Below, piece after piece: positions 55,120 to 64,000 of a stretch of DNA of 64,000 nucleotides. The notes below the pieces were generated by a model that had not been told where the DNA came from, did no database searches, and saw only the letters and a list, made by a program, of their open reading frames with translations. How positions within the stretch are numbered: the stretch's first letter is position 1; each line of letters starts with the position of its first letter. The stretch is from Eledone cirrhosa (lineage: Eukaryota), in the NCBI GenBank assembly GCA_964016885.1, contig OZ024740.1:272862001-272926000 (forward strand), given 5' to 3'. Made by a program: the position numbers and the translations under genes.

Positions 55120-55455
55120 AGGTGGTGGTGCACTCGACTCTGCGAGTGTATTCTGTTGGCTGAAATGTTTCTGACAGCAGTTTCCGGAAGATTGTTCTAA
55201 ATGCTAATGGCTGAATGCCGGAAGCTCTTATCCTGTGTATGTGCGTCTTGGCAACATTAGGTATGGAGATGGCGTGTGCAAGTTCTAAAAGCTGCTAGTT
55301 TTCTTCAGTAGTTGTTAAAGAGATTCACACTAGATATTTCTAGAAGTTATTAGTTCATTTTACTGCAAATCTTTGGTGATTAGCCAATACGTGGGATTGC
55401 TAATAGGCTTCTAACTAAGCTTTCTTGTGTTCAATCTTTCCTGTTGGAGTTTTTC
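55120..55455 (-). mobile_element. Old LINE 3'-end remnant (L2/CR1/Jockey-like)
   Basis: The minus strand gives HAISIP...KSF..SAI..(W)NNLPE, a C-terminal LINE motif. Confidence 0.45.
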
Positions 55456-55459
55456 TATG

Positions 55460-55866
55460 TACTCTCGGGACCAAAATAATAGGTGGGGTGGTGAAATATG
55501 CGGGGAGATTGGTATAAGCAGGGATGGGGGTGGAAAATAGGTAAATCTTCTAGGTTGTCTCCGGTGATTTAAAAAACAACACAGAATTAGTCGCTTAGTT
55601 TACACATTGAGACCCCCAACAAATCCTATTTATTTTATAACTTATGGGATTTCTTGTAATGTAATATTGTTGTCATGTATACATTTTGTTTAATGTCTAA
55701 GGAAAATTAATTGTCGCAGGAACGCTACCACTTAAAATAAAAGTTTGCCAGAGATAGATTAGCAAGTTCTAATAAGCGGGTGGTTGAAATAAGAATGGCG
55801 TTGTGTGCAAAAATTGAGGAAAATTAATAAGCGGGGGAGGGGAAGATTATTCTAGACACAAGAGTA
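55460..55866. mobile_element. Old TA-flanked MITE
   Basis: Degenerate terminal inverted repeats TACTCTCGGGACCAAAATAAT and ATTATTCTAGACACAAGAGTA. Confidence 0.45.
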
Positions 55867-56022
55867 TTTAATTAACATACTTACGATTCCATAGCCAATG
55901 ATTTAACAGGTAAAGACTAATCTGTTGTCCACTTAATATTATGAAACTCTAGAAATGCAAAACTGCCCGTAAAAGATTCTAGCAAGTTGCGTAGAAGACA
56001 TTTATATTATTTCATTATTTTC

Positions 56023-56780
56023 TGGCAGTATCGGTAGAGGGTTGGACGCCATGCTTTCTAGCATAGTTACGTCCCTTTACAGTCTGAGTTCAAATCCCGC
56101 CGAGGTTAACTTTGCCTTTCATCCTTACGGGGTCGATAAAATAAAGTACCAGTAATAATGTACTGGGTAATTGCTGGCCTTGTGCCTAAATTAGAAACAA
56201 TTATTTTCTATCTTTGGTGGATAAGCAGTATCGATAAAGCGTAGGACAAGATTTTTCTGGCATATATTTATGACCTTTTAGTTCTGAGCTCAATTCCTGG
56301 AGTCGATAAAAATAATGTACCAATAATATACTGAGGTCGAATTGATCGACTTTCCCCTCCCCTAAAAATGTTGTCCTTGTGCCTAAATCAGAAACCATTA
56401 TTTTACTAAGGCGGTCGATTGGCAGTATCTGTAGAGGATCGGATGCCATGCTTTGGAGCATAGTTACGCCCCTTTACGTTCTGAGTTCAAATACCACCAT
56501 GGTTAACTTTGCTTTTCAGCCTTAAGGGGTCGATAAAATAAAGTACCAGTAATGCACTGAGATAATTGCTGGCCTTGTGCCTAAAGTAGAAACAATTAAT
56601 TTACTAAGGCGGTGGATTGGCAGTATATGTAGAGGATCGGATGCCATGCTTTGCAGCATAGTTACGCCCCTTTACGTTCTGAGTTCAAATACCACCATGG
56701 TTAACTTTGCTTTTCAGCCTTAAAGTACCAGTAATGCACTGAGATAATTGCTGGCCTTGTGCCAAAAGTAGAAACAATTA
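56023..56780 (+). mobile_element. Head-to-tail array of four SINE family A copies
   Basis: Copies at ~56023-56203, 56215-56402, 56408-56598 and 56606-56780. The last two share private variants, pointing to local tandem duplication. Confidence 0.92.
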
Positions 56781-57041
56781 TTTTTACTAGGTTTAGACAG
56801 TAGCATCATCGTTATTATTTTCTTACATCACTTTACTCTTCCTTTCTGTACCGATGTTTTCACTTCTTTTTTTGGTGTTTTCAATAGCTTTATAAACTAT
56901 TAAATAAATATGAAGCATGTATGTTATGTGTAAAATATAAGATTTTATTCTCTTCCCGGAATAATGTGGTGTAGTAAAATATAGTACTTTCGGTGGTAGT
57001 TATTATATGCCTTATCAACTGCAACTTATTACAATGTATTA

Positions 57042-57088
57042 TTATTAGACTGTTATTGTTCATTTCGTGAACAATAACAGTCTAATAA
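57042..57088. repeat. Perfect 21-bp-arm hairpin
   Basis: TTATTAGACTGTTATTGTTCA-tttcg-TGAACAATAACAGTCTAATAA. Confidence 0.9.
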
Positions 57089-57326
57089 ACAATCTACATG
57101 CATTGCCACACCTTATTCAGCGTACCCTTTCATTCTAGAACTGATTCTAATAGGAAAACATTACAATCCATACTTATAAGATTTCTACTGGGCATATAAA
57201 GAATTCCTATCTGGAAATTAAGAACTCGATATTCTTATGCAATCACTCAAAATAGGAGGGCAATTTACTATACAGATTCTGTTGCATATCTCGTAGCAAA
57301 ACGTTGGAAATGAGACAGTAAGACTG

Positions 57327-57401
<75 letters not shown>

Positions 57402-57761
57402 AATAATGGAGCTGCGGCGTTGCAAATGGGATACATATGAAAAGGTGAGTCCTTCATCAGTGACCCTCCAACCGTCCTAGGCATTTCATCGCTTTAAGGG
57501 ACATATGCCTCACGTTGGTGCGAACAACGGCTAAAAAAAGTCGTTGGGACACGTAAACAAAGGGGACGCCAGGGTAACAACAAAAAAGTTTAAGCAACGG
57601 AAAGTGAGAAGAAATAGACAAGTCCCAGATCTCTATGAATATAAACTCGGTGAAATCTTGAACAAGAGACAAAAGACCATCAAACCTGGTTGAAATGTGA
57701 GCAAGGAAAGAATTTCGCCCAAGTTTGACGGGGGGGAAAAAAGAGAGATAGAAAGGAGAGA

Positions 57762-57850
57762 AGAGGAAGAAGAAGAAGAAGAAGAAGAAGAAGAAGAAGA
57801 AGAAGAAGAAGAAGAAGAAGAAGAAGAAGAAGAAGAAGAAGAAGAAGCAG
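57762..57850. repeat. (GAA)n microsatellite
   Basis: Visible directly. Confidence 0.95.
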
Positions 57851-58145
57851 AAGATAAAGGGGTCTGGTCTACGAATTCGGTTAACGTAAGTTTTGTGAAG
57901 TCGCAGACGAAAGAGAGAGAGAGAAAAAAATTCCATACCAGCTTGGTCAAGACCGCGCGAGAAAAGAATTACACACAGGTCAAACTTGAAGGAGGAGGAG
58001 GAAAGAGGAGGAGGAGAGGTAGTGGCAGAGAATGAGTGAGTGAAAGTTGAGGAGGAGGCTAACAGAGAGAGAGACTGCTAGAAAGGGTAAAGATACAAGG
58101 AACGAAACAGGAGGAGGAAAGAGGAGGCGGAGAGGTAGTGGCAGA

Positions 58146-58164
58146 TGTTAAAGATCAAGATGAC

Positions 58165-58234
<70 letters not shown>

Positions 58235-58254
58235 GTCATCTTGATCTTTAACAT
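58146..58254. repeat. Perfect inverted repeat (24-bp arms) around (TA)n
   Basis: ATGTTAAAGATCAAGATGACATTT (TA)n AAATGTCATCTTGATCTTTAACAT. Confidence 0.92.
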
Positions 58255-60294
58255 TTGGTGTATGTTTCTAATTAAGCCAAGGAATCTCCACCGGGTCAGC
58301 TAGTAGTAACAGAAACATGGGCGCAAAATCCTTCATTCGCAAATCTGCAGTTCTACAAATAGTACACAACTTTGCCTATAATACTGACACACACTTAACT
58401 GCAAACTTCATTTTAATGAGTTTCCCCATTTTTCTGAACACATCCCTCTCGTAGATGTTCTTTCTTAATCTTCTGTCTAAACAATGTCTACTAGGGTGAT
58501 CCTTTTCCACAAAGACCTATCCAACACATTTCATTTTCCTGCTTTCGTTATCTAAATAATCTTCATTGTCATTTTGGACATCTGTCTTCGCGGACATCTG
58601 AGAACAAGACAGGAGGACCAGTCTAATACGTAGTTATCTATTTAATAATGGCTGACGTAGGATAAAACAGAAATAACATATGAGTAGAGATTACTTTCAT
58701 GCATAGCATAATTTGGACGTATTCTCACTCACCACATTGTAGCCAGGACCTCTTTAAAATCCTGTTTTCTACGACTTTCTACCTACTACTCCTGCCCAAC
58801 AAGATAGCTGTTCTTTCCTACATAAAAGTTTATAGGCTGACAAAAGTAATGTTTATTTTTCGACATAGAACCTGGAGAGAAACAATGCAGTTATTAGTAA
58901 GATGAATTGAAATTCATACATTCAAGAATCTCACAGCTCTAGCACTACTCTTCCATCGTTAGACAATTACCTTTTCAGCCCACGCTCGTATGTCTCCAGT
59001 CCTGAGGTCAATGTCTATTTATTAAATATCTTTACCACGATAATAGATACCTCATTGTGTTACCGTGTTGATTCATTGCGTTGTAGCTATAGCAAAGCGA
59101 CCAAGGAACATACTTGCATGTCACATTTCGTATCAGATTATCTCACCTCTAGCACAATGCCTAGCATAAAAATCATTGGCAAAGTACATTACAGCTCCAA
59201 ATCTTCGGCAACTTGTTTCCTTTACAAAATTAAAAACTATTACCCTTTTCTTATCGTTTATAATTAAAGCTTAGTACCCATTTTTATACACCCGTGTCGA
59301 CATATATCTGTCCCTTGTGATTAACATAACACACATAAAAAGAGAATGAAGGATTTTTGTTGTGGCTCTGTTGTTCGTCAGCAACTAAAGCAATGTTTAG
59401 TATGTTCCATGAGTTAGGGAACAAATAAGATTCCGCTTTGTATAAAATTAAAGTAATAGTTATAGTGATAAAATATTATATTATTCCTAAGGCGTTGGTG
59501 CTTACTGGGGCGCATATTGGAGAAAAGGTAATATATCTTATTACATTCTCACAAACTATTATTTTAAGTTTACTTAGAATATATGAATGAGAAATGTTTA
59601 TATTACCAGCGCATGGAATATGAGTCCAAATGCATTACAAAATCTTGGTCATATTTCTCAACAGAAATATTTATTCTAAATTGTCCCATTTTACGAATAG
59701 TTTTCAGATATTTTCAGAAATTTATTTTCAACTGACTGTCTTCATATAAGGAAAATATTTTATCTTTCATTTGCTTAATACCGAGGAAACTCTAGTAAAG
59801 AATTGGCGCGTCTAGATCTTAATAATACATAGAAAAAGATTAACCCAAGAAGATTGATTTTTTCTTTATGTCTCAAGGCAATGAATATAGAGATAAGTAA
59901 CACTAGAATTTCAAACAACCAGTTTCTAGCTAACAGTAAACAGTAATCTGTAAACTAGACGCATTTATTATCTGTGAACTGAGTCCATAGATCATACTGA
60001 TCCATCAACAGCAATTCCTAGCTCTATGAATTGCCCAACAAAGCATGTTCAATTCATCACTTAAGTAAGCATTAAGATCTACTCAGCTGTAAAATAATTT
60101 TAACAGTGAATGCGGCCGCCCTGCTGTGGGATGAGAGGAGGTAAGGCAAAGTGATGTGGAAGTGAAAGTGAAACTAAGAGAAATCAATTGTAGGATGGAT
60201 TGATTTCACCACAAGTCATGAGAATGAGAATATAAAATGATGAAATATTAAACAGGGAAAGTAGGAAATGAAACCATTTCAATCACAAAAGCAA

Positions 60295-60388
60295 TCACAA
60301 CAGCAGCAGCCATAGCAGCAGTTTTAGAAACAATGACAACAGCACCAACAACAATAACAACAACAACCAAATCAACAAAAACCAAATC

Positions 60389-60429
<41 letters not shown>

Positions 60430-61060
60430 CGGCCAAATCAGCAACAAGAAAAGCAACTACAACGCTGACACAGAACATCAGTAACAGTAATCAGCACATT
60501 AATATGCAATTACAACAACAAAACAATCATAACCGAAACTGCAGAAATCGTATCAGCAACAATGAAAACAGACATGAAATGACCAACATCGTTACCAACT
60601 AACTATAACAACAATAACAACAACAAATAATAAATAAATAAGTCACAGGAACGAAGAAAATAAATGAAAATAAAAAAAATTACACATTTAATTGCAGCCT
60701 CAACAATCACTGCAAAAGCGATAACAGCAACAGCAAATCTCATAGCAGCAATCAAATGGTCACGAGGACAATAACGATGTAAAAAAATGTAGTAAAATGT
60801 AATTTTGACATTAACATTTACAGCAACAACAAACACATTCATATGAGTAAAACACAGGACAATAACATCACCAACATAGAAACTTTTTATAGGTTTGCTT
60901 AATCGAAGCTGTGTTGGGATAAACAACAAGAAGAAAAGCAACAACCGCAGCACCAACAACAATAGCAACAGCAGCAACAGCAACAACAGTAGCAGCAGCA
61001 ACAGCAGCAGCAACTACAGCAGCAAAGGTAGCAGTAGCAGCAACAACAGTAGCAGCAACA
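60295..61060. repeat. (CAA)n/(CAG)n low-complexity tracts (60295-60460, 60920-61060)
   Basis: Visible directly. Confidence 0.85.
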
Positions 61061-61256
61061 TAGTAGTAGTTTTGGAAGAAATATCAACAAAACAACAATT
61101 TAACAATGACTATCTCTACATCCAGTTTTTTTTTTGTTTCAACGATGCAGTGTATCTAAGAATAAATAATCTATATAGTTAGATAGAGTTAAAGTAAAAT
61201 TCGGCCATTATTTCAAACATGCCTAACAACTGCAAAGAGGCTGTCGTTATATAATT

Positions 61257-61440
61257 CGGTAGATTGGCAGTATCGGTAGAGGGTCGGACGCCATGCTTTC
61301 CAGCATAGTTACGTCCCTTTATGATCCGAGTTCAAATCCCACCGAGGTTGACTTTGCCTTTCATCCTTACGGGGTCGATAAAATAAAGTACCAGTAATGC
61401 ACTGGATAATTGCTGGCCTTGTGCCTAAAGTAGAAACAGT
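61257..61440 (+). mobile_element. SINE family A (short form, near consensus)
   Basis: All family motifs are intact. Confidence 0.93.
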
Positions 61441-61464
61441 TATATAATTAGGTAGTAACATGTA

Positions 61465-61815
61465 CGGGGGTTGGCTGACACGTTCATAGGCTGACGAAGA
61501 TACTCCCAGGGAATATGACCAAATAAGGTTTATTTCTCAACATACAGTAATTCCCGGTGTCGAAGACGCTACTTTTTCCCTAAAATAAGTCTCAAAACTT
61601 TACCATGCGCCCTGGAGGCTGAAGGTTGTTTATTATTTTTTTTCAAATTTTTGGTGCATCCTCGGGGACGAAGCCTGTTCGGGGGAAATACGGTAGTCCC
61701 TGGACAAAAACAATACAGTTAAAAATAATGAGAGTTTAAATTAATGCATGCAAGATTTGACAGCTCTCGCATCAATGCTTCATAGTCAGCCTATGGACGT
61801 TTCAGCTCTACATCG
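61465..61815. mobile_element. Mariner-type MITE
   Basis: TA-flanked degenerate terminal repeats ..GCTGACACGTTCATAGGCTGAC and GTCAGCCTATGGACGTTTCAGC..CG-TA. Confidence 0.7.
61545..61693. mobile_element. Tc2/pogo-type MITE nested in the mariner MITE
   Basis: TA-CAGTAATTCCCGGTGT..AAGACGC ... GGGGAAATACGG-TA. Confidence 0.6.
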
Positions 61816-62242
61816 TACATGGTACTGATATAATAGGTAGAATCTATGGATTCTGTATATGTAATTCTGGATGCCACGCCTCACATATCGTATTGTTTAA
61901 GACCAACACCACCATTATCACACCTGCCTCCATTAGGGCTCACCCAATGTTGTAAGCGAATGGAGTAAACAAGTAGTTGGATGATAATCTATGATGAGCT
62001 TTGTGCTATTGGTAATCTACATACTTATTTCCGTAGTGATATTGTTATAGGGTGGATACTAGTGGATCATATGATTCCCTCAAATCACGTTCTACCGTCT
62101 TAAAATTGAACGGACACTTTGGAGTCTCTAATCTGAATGATTGCCACCGGGCGCATATGATCAACGGTTAGCTGGATGCTGGCTAACTAGGATAGTAACC
62201 AAGAAAAACAACAACAGCCCTATCCTATTTTATGCATAATGT

Positions 62243-62860
62243 GCGAAGTTTGTTCCAAAAGTAAGCGTATTTATATCTTATTCAAATGCATATTAGACGT
62301 ACGTGAAATTACAAGTTATCTCCTTCAAAATACAACCCTTGAAAAGTCCCACAGCGATTTCAACTTTTTATGTGTGTATCGGTTACAATTCTTTATATTT
62401 TTGTCAGGCTCCAAATGATACCCCTTCAACTTTGATTTCAATTTAGGGGAGAGTGAGAAATCGTACGAAGCTAGATCTGTCTGTCGGGAGGATGTGGAAG
62501 CATGGGAATGTTTGTCTTCGCCAGGAATTCTCTAATTGAAAGTGCTGTATTAGCAGGATCATTATCAAGGTACAGTGCCCAATCCCTTGCAAGGCCTTAT
62601 CAGATTCGTTGGACCATCTTTTGAAGTCATTCCAAAACATCTGTGTAGAATGTGCGATTAACGTTTTGTCCTGAGTGTAAACATTTTTGGTGAACAAACG
62701 ATAAACAGCGTTTTCCTTCTGGATCAGCTCATGCGGGCTTTCTTTGGACGCGGAGTATTTTTCGTGTACCACTTCTACATTTGCCATTTTGTTTCTGGAT
62801 CGTACTCAACGACACATGATTCATCTACTGTTTTTAATTTCTCCAAGAAATTTGGTTCAA
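62243..62860 (-). mobile_element. Partial decayed mariner, related to the 45462-46839 element
   Basis: Shares GAAATTACAAGTTATCTCCTTCA, GTACCACTTCTAC and CATGATTCATCTACTG with that element. Confidence 0.85.
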
Positions 62861-63709
62861 TGAATATGAATTAGAGCGTAGGATTTACTAATAAATCTTT
62901 GAATAGATTGGACAGAATAAATATAATAAAAGCAACGCACGTGCATCTAAACTATAATAAAGTAAGAAGATAATTTTTTATCCCATTAGTAAAATAGGTT
63001 GGATTATTTTGAATAAATAAAGAATGAATATTACATAATTTATCTACTAAATTTCGTGGCTGTTCATTAAATATATTTCATTATTTATTTAAAGATTCAC
63101 TTCCTTAAAATTTTCAAATGTCAACACTTCCGGTGGCGATCGCTTAAATAAACATTAATTTTCTGTCATTAATTTTCTTCTAATACAGCTTATATATAAT
63201 ATCGTCTTTTTTAATGTATCAGGGATTACGTTACTGATTACATAAGACAGTGTAACACAGTCTTCGTTCAATTCATGTGTATATTGTCAATTACGATTTT
63301 ATTTGATGTATCATATCTACATGTATATATATACTTGCGTATAATATCAATAGACACACTACACATGCAGCAGAAAAACGACCCGATGGGTGGTTTTTCT
63401 GATAGTAAGTATAATAAAAGTATAATAACATTTCTCCAGACTATTCACTGGTTTGCAACTGGATTTTGTTGAGAAAGTGGTAGGTAGAATATCAAACCTG
63501 GTTTTCGGAAATATGTTTAAGAATGTTTCCTTTAGGAACGTCAGGGGTTTCTTGAGAAACAAGGGGTATACTATCAGGACAAGAGATAAACTCGAACTGC
63601 TATGAAGTAAATAATTGTTACGTTGCTTTTGCAGTATAGTGCTTTCAGGCAGGACAGAAGCATACTAATGGGTGCGCAACTGTATTAACATTACGTACAT
63701 ACATACATA

Positions 63710-63880
63710 GACACGCATGTATGTGCACAAACTCTCACTCTCTCTCTCTCACACACATACACACACACACACGCACACACACACACACACTCACACACAC
63801 TCCCACACACGCACACACACACACACATACACACACTCACGCACACACACACACACACATATATATATGTGAGTGTGTGT
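63710..63880. repeat. (CT)n/(CA)n/(TA)n compound microsatellite
   Basis: Visible directly. Confidence 0.92.
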
Positions 63881-63883
63881 ATC

Positions 63884-64000
63884 CCGGGTTCAATACGGAG
63901 TAACCACAATAAGTAAGGTACTCAATACATAGCAGAGTATAAATATTTAATATAGAAGTGGCTTCTACAAGACTTGAACTGTTTCATTCGAAGGAAATCA
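63884..64000 (-). mobile_element. PLE pLTR family P3 fragment (runs off the window within the hammerhead core)
   Basis: GTAACCACAATAAGTAAGGTACTCAATACATAGCAGAGTATAA..GAACTGTTTCATTC..GAAATCA matches 33937-34037. Confidence 0.7.

Noticed and set aside
61257-61345. tRNA gene suggested by A/B boxes
   Set aside because: There is no cloverleaf. It is the tRNA-derived head of the SINE and continues into the SINE body.

Overview
AT-rich, microsatellite-saturated eukaryotic non-coding DNA (intronic or intergenic). The SINE types and the density of (TA)n/(CA)n/(TATG)n suggest an octopus/cephalopod genome; this is inference. No host protein-coding gene can be called with confidence, and most ORFs in the track are translated microsatellites. 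The window is a mosaic of decayed mobile elements: ~35 copies of one tRNA-derived SINE (often head-to-tail), one CORE-type SINE, fragments of Tx1/L1-, CR1/L2- and R4/Dong-type LINEs, a Gypsy RT fragment, mariner/Tc1 remnants and MITEs, and many Penelope-like (PLE) terminal-repeat fragments. The most notable signal is a set of minimal Type I hammerhead ribozyme motifs (e.g. 35111-35156, 44513-44557, 44667-44711). They sit inside recurrent fold-back inverted repeats anchored on (TA)n tracts, which culminate in a nested palindrome complex at 42.3-45.3 kb. Coordinates were read by eye and element boundaries are approximate.
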